Assembly (NCBI GenBank): GCA_043821285.1
Contig: JBDRCZ010000027.1
Location: 18,988-82,987, forward strand
Direction of reading: 5' to 3'
DNA length: 64,000 nucleotides
Source: Candidatus Omnitrophota bacterium
GTDB taxonomy: Bacteria > Omnitrophota > Gorgyraeia > B26-G9 > JBDRCZ01
This document shows, one piece after another, positions 55,592 to 64,000 of the stretch. The notes under the pieces were generated by a model that made no database searches, was not told the DNA's origin, and saw only the letters and a list, made by a program, of their open reading frames with translations. Each line of letters opens with the position of its first letter. Within the stretch, counting starts at the first letter, position 1. The position numbers and the translations under genes were made by a program.

Positions 55592-58500
55592 ATGAGGAAG
55601 CAGAAATATAATATCTTATTTAAACTAATAGCATTGATACTAATCAACGCCTTCTTCTGCATGGATATCTCCTGGGCCGCAGGTGGTAATATAAGAGGTC
55701 TAACTACCCATCTTGCACCACGGTTGAATATAAGTGATTTAAATAGTGTTTTTGAAAAAGTAACACCAGGAGCGATCCAGTTTGATAAAGATATAGCTGT
55801 CTTTAGATATCAGGTTGGAGAAATTTATGAAAATAATAGGTCCGTAGAAGAAATAACCGCACTGATAGAACAACATAAAGAATCTTTTATATCTGCCTTA
55901 TATGTTGAAAAAGAAATAGAGGGTAATAGTTGGCGTAAGAAAGAACTAAGAAGCATGAATTATACGGAACTGTGCACGCTTATTCCATCGGATGATTCGT
56001 ATGCTGAACCTGTTATTTACGCACAACATAAGATTAAAGCTGTTCTTGGTGGAAGGCGTGTTTCCGCACCTATTAGCATGGCGGGTTCATGGATAGAGGA
56101 TCTGAAATGCGTTATGGATATAGAAGAGCGTTATAGAAATGAGACAGTTATGAGAGAGCAAATGACGCCGAGTCAGCAGAAGATTCATGAGCTATGGAAA
56201 TTATACCGTGACCTGGGCGTAGGAATGGTAATGCCGGTGGATGATAACAACACAGTCTACTTATACAATCGGGAGGACGTGGGGTCGCTATTATATAGCA
56301 ATGAAGAACTTAGGTTTGCATTAGATGGTTTGATTTCACCTGCATCTACTGAAGCCTTGTTTAAGTCAGATGTGCTACAATTAGTAGCTTTAGAACCAAT
56401 GATCTGGGGATTTCCTAACCCAATAACAGCATTGTTCCCAGAGATTCTTCAGATTTGTCTTGAGCATATGCGTTCGGCCGCAGATTTAGACCGAATCATT
56501 GAAAACAGACATAAGGAAGATTTGATTTTTCCTCGAATAAAGCTTAACTTTTTGTTATGCGATGTAGGCGGACTTACAGCAGCAGCCAGAGAACTATATA
56601 TTGATCCACATATTGTTGTGACAGTTGAAACGAGACAAAGACAGGCAAGAGCTGCAAGTATAGTTGCTCAGATACCTTCTCAGATTAAGGCTGAACAAAT
56701 TCCAAAAAGCACGCGGCAAGCTTTTGTAGAACATATGCAGAGAATTGTTCAGATAGCAACAGGTGTTACTAATGCGGAGATTGATAATAGATTGCTCATT
56801 TCCCTAATGAACCGCATAGCTATTAATGAAAATTATCCCCTTTTGGGTGTTAACATATTTAGATTTAGAGTTCGTGATAAAAGAGGCGAGAGAGAATATG
56901 CTAAAGATATTTTTCATTTTGAGGTAGATGTTGCTAAACAGAATGTTTTTATTATGGATAGTGAAGGAAATAGACGTCAATTTGCTTTGTCATCTGGCTT
57001 TGATGTACGAACAATAACCACGATCTTGGATCTTGAGATCAAAACTAAACAAGGCAGCAGAAATCTATTTGAATATCTTTTTGAAAGAAAGTGGCTACCA
57101 GAGGATGTGACACGTGAGATGATTATTAGTCAGGATATGACACCAGAGATCCACTTTTATTTTGTTTTAGATGAACGCCACAGGCTTCAATATACAACCG
57201 CAGAAATTGGACGAAAAACTATAGAACTTGTGTTTATGGATGAAGGTATTCGATGGTGGAAAGGGATTGGGAATACTGAAGAACAATCATACGTATCAGA
57301 TTATGGGGGGAAAGACTTCCGAGTTAGTATAGCAAGCGGTCAGATAGTTACCATAGGGCATTTACATCCTCTATTACACGGCAGTGTTCAAAGAAAGCAA
57401 AAAGTTCTTGTGCATGCAGGTGATGCAGCAGCTTATTTGCATCTTGGCAATCAGGTAAGAGAGCGCTGTCCAAATACAAAAATTTCGAATATAATCGTTG
57501 ATACAGTGGAGCATGGAAAAGAATGGATGGTGAGAATTTTTATTCCAAGATTATCGGTCAATTGGAACGAATATAATGCTCTTATTAAGCAGGCCAAGAG
57601 TAGCGATAAGCAATTAAGAAGAGGGAGTGAACAACGCATCAATGAAATAACCCAACACATACAAGAAAATATAGATGATTATTTTGAAGTAGTTGAAATA
57701 CCGATTATACTTGAGGATGAAGGTGATAGAAAAATGCCAAATCCTCCGCCAGTTGTAGCTACTCCTATTTCTCCCAAACCGTCTTCTGTCTCGTTGTCAG
57801 GTCTTACCTATGATGAACATGAGCGTGACATAGACCGTCGGATTGCAAAAGAGATAGAAAAATATTATAGCAAACCATTGCCATGGGCGCCAAAGTCGCT
57901 CAAGAGGGTAATAGCAGTTTTTATACCCCAGTCTTTTACGAAACCATATACATTAGAAGATTCTCAAGCAAAGCTTGTAATGGAATTCTTGGAAAATGTG
58001 GGGTTAGTTTCTCTAAAAGACCTTTTCAAAACAGAGGTTCGCAGTGGTCGAGTATGGCAAATTGATAGCCGGCCGAAAAAAGTATATGCTAATGGCCATG
58101 CTGGGCCTCGGGGAATTTATGTATTTAATCCTGATACTATTTTTGGGGGGCCTAAAGATATAGTTAGATGGGAAGCGGGTGTGTTGATTCATGAGATTAT
58201 TGCCAAAGCGGGCTGTTCACATAATCAAGCATTAGCAATGCAAAAGGTTTTTGACTGGTATTATCGGGATAAAGGAGGATGGATTTCAGGAGATGTTTGG
58301 CAGCACCGCATTAATACTAAAGTTGCTGGATTATTGACAGACTTAAGCGCTTTGAGCGAGTGGCCAGAGCTTCCTCAAGGCAAGGGGGCTGAAATATCTC
58401 GCGACCTTGCTGAGCAATCTGGATTAAAAGCACCACCAGGGACGACTACTTCTCAGGAAAAGATAGTTCTTTTAATAAGACTTATCAATGATGGTCTTGA

Positions 58501-60343
58501 ATACCCCACTGGACGTGCGGTTGAAAAGTGGATAGAATCTATATGCAAAAAAATAGCAGAATTTGATGGGACACTTCCGGACAAAACTAAAAAAAACATA
58601 AAATCTGTATTTCTTAATAAACTTGTAGAAATTATGCTCGAAGATCATGGAGAGATTTATTTCATTATTCAACCAGTTATTGAAGTTTTTGAAAAAACTG
58701 GGATTAGCATAGCAGATAAAGATATAGTTAGAAAAATAACAGAGCTTGCAGAAGCCAGACAGGACAACCCTGCAGTGCTGCCGCAAACTATCTACGCCCC
58801 GACTGATTTTTTGTCAGTGTTTGGGGAACATTTTAATGGTTTAAATTTAGAAAACACAGAACTTCAAACAATAGAGCTTGCGATACGGATATTTTACAGG
58901 TATTCTTATTGGCTTGATGTGATGGTAAAACAAGGCCTGTCATATCAACATGCAGCCAGGGCTTTAATATATTATTTACAAATACAAGAAAGATTAAACA
59001 AGATAAGCATTTCTGTGCAGGGAAACTCCCAAGACGAAAACCCGGATACGCACCCTTCGTTACGATGGAAGCCAGATGCTTTTATACAACTTATACGAGT
59101 GGCTGTTCTTGATCCAGATAATGATATTGAGTTAAAGAGTTTAGCCAAGCAATTATATAGTGATGATCAATTTGATTCGTGGGAAGATATTTATAATCGT
59201 ATACCGGAACCTAACCCAAATGGCCAGGACGAAATTGGTACTTCTTCCGAGGTAAAGAAGAGTGGTGCATTAAAACATATAGGAACCCATCCGGCAAAAG
59301 AAGTGTCGGAAGGTGTTATGGGCATATGGAGAGAAGCTGCTGCTAACAAATTAGTTGAGACGAAGACGATACAAGATAAAAAGATAGAAGCTATATTTAT
59401 CTTTGATGCTGTATATATGCCAGAAGACAGGGCAGGCCATCATTTTTATGATAGAGAGGGCAATCTTGTAATAGTTACTCGTGCAAAAATAGAATCTGAG
59501 ACTCTTGAAGGTATAATCGCTGGAGAAACAGCTTATCATGATTCAGATGAGGCAGGTTGGAGAACGTGGCTTAGCCTATATGGTAGCCTATATGAAAATT
59601 TGACAGAAGAAGAAATTAAACGTCGATCCCACATCCTTGCCTCAGCAAGGCAAGTTTTTGCCTTTAGTGAAAATGGTGAGCTTACTCCATACCATAAACA
59701 ACAGCTTACCAAGATGCCATTAGATAGGCTCATACAATTGATGCTGGAAGACAGAGCAGATCAGCATAACATAATAAGACGATATCTTAATGAAGCAGAT
59801 TTTGCCAAAATTGTGATGTATGAAACTCGATTTAGGCAAATAGTTAAAGAAAAGATAAGATTGTTAATAATGAACGAATTGCCTGGAGATGCCAAAGTTA
59901 TATTAAGCAGCCAAGGCCAGCAAGCAATTTCTTTTACTTTTACAGAACCGGTATTAATTTGTATTGGTGGCACAGTGCTTATATTGCATGAAAAAGATGG
60001 TGTATTAACCTTAGAAGTTTCAAAAGATATATGGGAAAGAAAAGAAATGCTTTTAAGGGAAGCGTATTATGATGTTGGCAATGATGAGTTAAGACCAGAA
60101 GCGATGAATAATTTTAATATCCCAGATTCTAGAGTTTCCGGTATTCATTTTACTATTCAACGTAGAAGGGAGAGTATTACTATTGCCAGACATCCGCTTG
60201 GAGGAGATACGGTGGTTTATTTTACTAAGGCCTTGCCGACTGGATCTGCAGATGCCCGTACAGATGTTGCTGAAATGCCGGATACAGGGTTTTTAGCAGT
60301 TAAACGAATGGAATACATTTTGGAAGTAGAGAGAGCAATCTAA
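55592..60343 (+). CDS. Leader-family protein 4 (1,583 aa): shared leader followed by a large hydrophilic body without further TM segments; function unknown
   Basis: MRKQKYNILFKLIALILINAFFCMDISWAAGGNIRGLTTHLAP. The 5' UTR GTGTATTTGGTGAAATATG is homologous to the paralog UTRs. No recognisable catalytic motifs. Confidence 0.85.
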   Translation: MRKQKYNILFKLIALILINAFFCMDISWAAGGNIRGLTTHLAPRLNISDLNSVFEKVTPGAIQFDKDIAVFRYQVGEIYENNRSVEEITALIEQHKESFISALYVEKEIEGNSWRKKELRSMNYTELCTLIPSDDSYAEPVIYAQHKIKAVLGGRRVSAPISMAGSWIEDLKCVMDIEERYRNETVMREQMTPSQQKIHELWKLYRDLGVGMVMPVDDNNTVYLYNREDVGSLLYSNEELRFALDGLISPASTEALFKSDVLQLVALEPMIWGFPNPITALFPEILQICLEHMRSAADLDRIIENRHKEDLIFPRIKLNFLLCDVGGLTAAARELYIDPHIVVTVETRQRQARAASIVAQIPSQIKAEQIPKSTRQAFVEHMQRIVQIATGVTNAEIDNRLLISLMNRIAINENYPLLGVNIFRFRVRDKRGEREYAKDIFHFEVDVAKQNVFIMDSEGNRRQFALSSGFDVRTITTILDLEIKTKQGSRNLFEYLFERKWLPEDVTREMIISQDMTPEIHFYFVLDERHRLQYTTAEIGRKTIELVFMDEGIRWWKGIGNTEEQSYVSDYGGKDFRVSIASGQIVTIGHLHPLLHGSVQRKQKVLVHAGDAAAYLHLGNQVRERCPNTKISNIIVDTVEHGKEWMVRIFIPRLSVNWNEYNALIKQAKSSDKQLRRGSEQRINEITQHIQENIDDYFEVVEIPIILEDEGDRKMPNPPPVVATPISPKPSSVSLSGLTYDEHERDIDRRIAKEIEKYYSKPLPWAPKSLKRVIAVFIPQSFTKPYTLEDSQAKLVMEFLENVGLVSLKDLFKTEVRSGRVWQIDSRPKKVYANGHAGPRGIYVFNPDTIFGGPKDIVRWEAGVLIHEIIAKAGCSHNQALAMQKVFDWYYRDKGGWISGDVWQHRINTKVAGLLTDLSALSEWPELPQGKGAEISRDLAEQSGLKAPPGTTTSQEKIVLLIRLINDGLEYPTGRAVEKWIESICKKIAEFDGTLPDKTKKNIKSVFLNKLVEIMLEDHGEIYFIIQPVIEVFEKTGISIADKDIVRKITELAEARQDNPAVLPQTIYAPTDFLSVFGEHFNGLNLENTELQTIELAIRIFYRYSYWLDVMVKQGLSYQHAARALIYYLQIQERLNKISISVQGNSQDENPDTHPSLRWKPDAFIQLIRVAVLDPDNDIELKSLAKQLYSDDQFDSWEDIYNRIPEPNPNGQDEIGTSSEVKKSGALKHIGTHPAKEVSEGVMGIWREAAANKLVETKTIQDKKIEAIFIFDAVYMPEDRAGHHFYDREGNLVIVTRAKIESETLEGIIAGETAYHDSDEAGWRTWLSLYGSLYENLTEEEIKRRSHILASARQVFAFSENGELTPYHKQQLTKMPLDRLIQLMLEDRADQHNIIRRYLNEADFAKIVMYETRFRQIVKEKIRLLIMNELPGDAKVILSSQGQQAISFTFTEPVLICIGGTVLILHEKDGVLTLEVSKDIWERKEMLLREAYYDVGNDELRPEAMNNFNIPDSRVSGIHFTIQRRRESITIARHPLGGDTVVYFTKALPTGSADARTDVAEMPDTGFLAVKRMEYILEVERAI

Positions 60344-60344
60344 A

Positions 60345-60372
60345 AAAGTTGCCAATTGGCAACTTTTTAGTT
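60345..60372 (+). terminator. Rho-independent terminator (AAGTTGCC-AATT-GGCAACTT + TTTT)
   Basis: A perfect palindrome immediately after the stop at 60343. Confidence 0.75.
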
Positions 60373-60712
60373 AACAGTGTACCCCCCCCTGCCGGGGACA
60401 AGCAGTTTACCGTTTACAGTGCAAAAAATACAATTATCACACAGGTGCAGCCTACAAGACTGGTTGACCTAACAGGGTGAAAGTCCCTGTGGATGTAATT
60501 GCCTATTTGACATCATAGCCATATCTGACCTTTGTCAAAGGTGACAAAGACCGAGGAAAGCTCAGAACTAAACGGAGACTATAGGTCTTCTAACAAACCT
60601 GAGGGTTGCAGCGAAAGCGAACCTTAGAATTAGCCTCGTTAGATAAAAATGGAAGCGCTAAGTCCGTCTGTGTGGGACGATAGCCAGAGGCTCTGGAGGA
60701 AGGAATAAGTTG

Positions 60713-61268
60713 AGCTGAACCAATAGGGGAGGCGCCTGTAGCTTAAAGCCGTATTGGGGAAAACCCGATGTATCAAGCCGTGTTTTAAGGGTATTACTTG
60801 AAGAGCCTAAAAAAGAGTGGAGGATGCTGGAATTATCAAAAACCGCAAAAGTAAGCCTTGGCCAAACGTCTAATGTCTGTCGTTGGCTTATCGATGAGGA
60901 ATATCTTAAAAAAACATGGCGGTTATTCTTTAACTGAACCTGGTAAGTTATTGGATGAGTGGTGCCAAAATTATACTTATACGCAGAATAAAATGTCCGC
61001 TTACTATTCTTTTGAGCAGAATCCGGAAAGATTAATTAAAAAGATAATACAGATTAGTAAAGAGAAAAATTTAAAGTATGCTTTTACTTTGTTGTCCGGT
61101 GCTTCTTTCGTCGCTCCGTTTGTCAGAGGTATAACCAGTTTGCAGATGTATGTTGCTGACAATGAAGATCTTTCTAACAGGGTTCGTTTACTTGACCTGC
61201 GGCCAGTGGAGTCAGGAAGCAACATTTTTATGCATATTCCTTATGATGAAGGAGAAAAACATGGATAG
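60713..61268 (+). pseudogene. Disrupted gene for a wHTH-containing protein (N-terminal ...RVLRVLLEEPKKEWRMLELSKTAKVSLGQTSNVCRWLIDEEYL in one frame, 136-aa C-terminal domain in another frame); possibly an AbiEi-like antitoxin/regulator
   Basis: Manual translation gives an HTH-like ORF in frame 2 with no ATG at its N-terminal boundary, running into a stop at ~60885. The ORF at 60858-61268 continues in a different frame. Together these suggest a frameshifted pseudogene. Confidence 0.4.
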
Positions 61269-61807
61269 AAGGTTAATCACTGATTTAGAGGTTAAGCTTG
61301 TAGAGGCATCAAAATCTATACTTTTAGAGATAATGAATTTTTAACATTGTTGTCGAAGTAATATCTAAGATGTCCTGATTTGTTCTTAAAAAAAGATTTC
61401 ATTACAGAACCACGGATGACATCCCGAAAGAAAATTATACGGCACATTCCAGTTGTACGGAACATATAGAAATAGCTCAAACATTACTATAACAGCATAG
61501 GTGGCAGTTTCTAACGGGACAAGCAGAAAAAGGATAGACATTAAGCACAGATTGCAGGGAAGAAGATTTAACATGTAAAATTTGTGTAATTTGTGCGAGA
61601 ATCGTATTTATTGACAGTCGTAATGCATGGATATATAATATAAGTTAAATGGGGTGAAGGCTTATGAAAAACTGGAAAGCAACCACAGATTACACAGATT
61701 ACACAGATTATCACGAATGGAAAAAAGTTTATTTGTGACAATTTGTGTGAATGGTGGTTAAAAAGAGAACATAAGCCGCAACTGCTTTTCAAGAGAGAGG
61801 TAAAAAT

Positions 61808-62041
61808 ATGGGAATGTTCAAAAAGAAAGTTAAAATATCTAACAGTAAAAATCCGAAGTTATCGTTTAGTGCTGATTTTTGGGTTGATACCGGTGCTTTG
61901 TATTCCTTTGTTCCTGAAGATTATCTTGAAAAAATAAAGGTAGAACCATTGGTAAAACGTAATCTTATACTTGCAGATGGTCGTCGAGACACCAGATTGC
62001 TTGGGTTTTGCAATTTTGAAATAGAAGGATTAGAAGGGTAA
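61808..62041 (+). CDS. Retropepsin-like (clan AA) aspartic protease domain protein
   Basis: 77 aa. The motif FWVDTGALYSFVP contains the D-T-G-A active-site signature. An SD GAGAGG lies upstream. Confidence 0.65.
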   Translation: MGMFKKKVKISNSKNPKLSFSADFWVDTGALYSFVPEDYLEKIKVEPLVKRNLILADGRRDTRLLGFCNFEIEGLEG

Positions 62042-62170
62042 TCCCTTGCCAGGTAATTTTTGCACCAAAGAAATCATTGTTTTTAATTGGTGCAACGGCA
62101 TTAGAAAATTTTGCCTGCATCCGCCTAGGCGGATGACCTGAAAATGCTTGTATTTTCCGTAAATGAAGCC

Positions 62171-62204
62171 ACCCTGTAGTAAGCTGCAGGGTGGCTTCAT
62201 TTAA
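62171..62204. repeat. Repeat family D: palindromic element CCCTGTAG-n-GCT-n-CAGGGTGGCTTCATT-AAAAA
   Basis: A 14-bp perfect stem, ATGAAGCCACCCTG / CAGGGTGGCTTCAT. A related copy is at 4531-4565 (CCCTGTAGCTTGCTACAGGGTGGCTTCATTAAAAA), with a degenerate copy at 5039-5068. Confidence 0.5.
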
Positions 62205-62228
62205 AAAGCAAAGGAAGTGTTTTGCCGG

Positions 62229-62996
62229 ATGGAAGAATATGAAGTTTGCAAAATCTTTCCCAAGAGAGAAGAAAAAATAGTTGACCTTGTTACCCGGGAA
62301 GTTTCCCTTGCCATTTATGTAAATGGTAAGGAGATCGTTACCCTTCTTGCCAGCCCTATGGATATTGAAGAACTGTCTGTTGGGTTTGTTTTTACTGCAG
62401 GGTTGATAAAGAGTTTTAATGAGATTAACAAACTAACCGTAGACCAAGAGAGCGGGATAGTTTATGTGGAGCTCCGGGATAAACCGCTTAATCCAGAATT
62501 AATTTTTAAAAGGGAGTTTACTTCTAATCGTGGCCGGGAAACATTGTTTTATAATCGTGTTGACGGCATGCATCGCAGCAGCGAAGGGTCAGGGATAACT
62601 ATTAACCGAAACCAGGTGTTTCAGATAATGCAGGATTTTACTAACCGTTCATTGGGTTTTAAGCAAACAGGTGGTGTGCACTCAGCGGCAATAGCTACCC
62701 GGGAAAATATTTTAATCATCAAAGAGGATATCGGCAGACACAATGCCATTGATAAGGTTTTAGGAGAAGCGCTGATGAAAGATATTGATTTAAAGGATAA
62801 AATTATCCTCTCTTCGGGCCGCGTGTCTTCGGAAATATTACTTAAAATACAAAAGACGCCAATTTGTATGATGATATCGCGCGGCGCTCCCACGGATCAG
62901 GCGATTAAACACGCCAGAAATACGAAGATGACGCTAATCGGATTTGCCCGCGGGCAGAGTATGAATGTGTATAACGCAAGAGAAAGAATTTTATAA
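62229..62996 (+). CDS. fdhD: Formate dehydrogenase accessory sulfurtransferase FdhD
   Basis: GGVHSAAIATRENILIIKEDIGRHNAIDKVLG is the FdhD signature. The ORF track starts at GTG 62217, but the ATG at 62229 has an SD AAGGAAG 11 nt upstream. Confidence 0.9.
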   Translation: MEEYEVCKIFPKREEKIVDLVTREVSLAIYVNGKEIVTLLASPMDIEELSVGFVFTAGLIKSFNEINKLTVDQESGIVYVELRDKPLNPELIFKREFTSNRGRETLFYNRVDGMHRSSEGSGITINRNQVFQIMQDFTNRSLGFKQTGGVHSAAIATRENILIIKEDIGRHNAIDKVLGEALMKDIDLKDKIILSSGRVSSEILLKIQKTPICMMISRGAPTDQAIKHARNTKMTLIGFARGQSMNVYNARERIL

Positions 62997-63108
62997 ATGG
63001 ATAAAAAGATTCCGAAGGAATTTTTTTATTAGTATTAACAATAAAAATGTTTTGTGCCGATTGCGATTGCAGGCATTGTTTTTAAACAGAATCGGTGGAG
63101 GGAATGTA

Positions 63109-64000
63109 ATGATTGAGTATGAGCAAGCACTTAAGGCAATATTGCATGATACTAAAAAATTGTCTAAAGAGAAGGTGTTTATTGAAGATTCCGCAGGCCG
63201 GGTATTAGCGGAGGATGTTTATGCAGACTTAGACATGCCGCGTTTTAATAAATCAGCAATGGACGGCTATGTGCTAAAAGAAATAGATGTGCGAAAAGTT
63301 CCGGTAAAACTAAAATGTATTGGAGTTATCGAGGCTGGCCAGAGTTTTGGCAGGATTGTTAGTAGAGGTGAGTGTGTAAAAATAATGACCGGGGCTTGCC
63401 TTCCAAAAAGTACAAATTGCGTAGTTATGAAAGAACATACCCAACAATTGGGTAAGTATGTTGAAATAACCAAATCTGTAAACAAAGGGCAAAACGTATG
63501 TCTGCAGGGAGAGGATATTAAGCAGGGAGAGAAAGTACTGGTTAAAGGTAAAGTAATTTGTACCTCAGACGTGGCGCTTTTGGCAAGTGTGGGCAGGCGT
63601 TATGTAGAAGTTGTAGGAAAACCAAAGGTTGCTATTTTAAATACCGGTGGTGAGATTGTGCCGGTCGGTGAGAAATTAAGCGGGAAAAAAATATATAATA
63701 GTAATGGCCCGCAGCTGTTAGCACTCCTAAAATCAGATAATATTAACCCCTGCTTTTTAGGGATTGCTAAGGATAAACCGCAGGAATTAAAACGAGCGAT
63801 TAAAAAAGGACTAAACGCTGATGTGCTTTTGATTTCCGGCGGGGTATCGGTAGGGGATTATGACCTGGTGCCGGAGATTTTAAAGAGTTTAGGGATAAAA
63901 GAAATATTTCATAATGTTAAATGTAAACCCGGTAAACCGCTTTTTTTTGGCCGGAATAGAAATACCATCGTCTTTGGTATTCCGGGCAATCCAGTAGCGA
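63109..64000 (+). CDS. moeA: Molybdopterin molybdenumtransferase MoeA (5' partial; continues beyond the window)
   Basis: The SD GGTGGAGGG sits 6 nt before the ATG. The N-terminal MoeA motifs are present: SAMDGYVL, KIMTGACLP and the linker-domain signature ... GGVSVGDYDLV. There is no stop before position 64000. Confidence 0.9.
   Translation, partial: MIEYEQALKAILHDTKKLSKEKVFIEDSAGRVLAEDVYADLDMPRFNKSAMDGYVLKEIDVRKVPVKLKCIGVIEAGQSFGRIVSRGECVKIMTGACLPKSTNCVVMKEHTQQLGKYVEITKSVNKGQNVCLQGEDIKQGEKVLVKGKVICTSDVALLASVGRRYVEVVGKPKVAILNTGGEIVPVGEKLSGKKIYNSNGPQLLALLKSDNINPCFLGIAKDKPQELKRAIKKGLNADVLLISGGVSVGDYDLVPEILKSLGIKEIFHNVKCKPGKPLFFGRNRNTIVFGIPGNPVA

Noticed and set aside
60400-60710. RNase P RNA, tmRNA or group II intron domain V
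   Set aside because: GNRA loops and a GGTGAAAG box are present. The universally conserved cores are not: the RNase P P4 core GGAAAGUCCGG ... ACAGAAUCCGGCUUA, the tmRNA tRNA-like ends, and the intron DV consensus GAGCCGUAUG ... GAAAC.
1-64000. tRNA or rRNA genes
   Set aside because: No GGTTCGAATCC-type T-arm or CCA-end context was found outside coding sequence. The only GGTTCGAA occurrence, at 12910, is inside the thioesterase CDS.

Overview
This is a 64-kb, AT-rich bacterial window, and the lineage cannot be proven from sequence alone. It splits into two parts. Positions 1-25,000 read as ordinary chromosome. The genes are an AAA+ ATPase, a LOG/TIGR00725-family protein, pabB, a PilZ protein, a sensor histidine kinase, pabC, a CDF transporter, an acyl-CoA ligase, a YbgC thioesterase, an ATP-grasp/lysine-2,3-aminomutase pair, ychF, an alpha/beta-hydrolase-CheR-TPR fusion and an NMO/FabK-like oxidoreductase. 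This part is densely peppered with several families of short intergenic repeats. Positions 25,000-60,400 are dominated by four consecutive same-strand genes that share an almost identical N-terminal leader, K/R-x-x-I-L/W-F-K-x-I-A-x-I-L-I-N/Q-A-F-F/L-C-M/L-D-I-x-W-A-A-G-G, and a homologous 5' UTR. The first is a 22,029-nt (7,342-aa) giant ORF that carries an unmistakable SecA-like ATPase motor (NBD1-PPXD-NBD2-scaffold). Downstream of that motor it has acidic coiled-coil regions, a Thr/Pro linker, about 14 degenerate tandem ~70-90-aa repeats, an M23 (LytM) metallopeptidase domain, an in-frame (GACACT)15 microsatellite and a >1,500-aa polytopic membrane C-terminus. The second and fourth genes encode 1,161-aa and 1,583-aa proteins of unknown function. 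The third is a decayed copy, cut off by a brnT/brnA toxin-antitoxin pair. A second TA pair sits between these genes: an MNT nucleotidyltransferase with a HepT/HEPN protein that appears C-terminally truncated. The window ends with a disrupted wHTH gene, a small retropepsin-like protease, fdhD and the 5' part of moeA. The giant SecA-domain protein together with its leader-sharing paralog cassette is the candidate novel system. Nothing was computed with tools; all calls rest on reading the ORF translations and the DNA.
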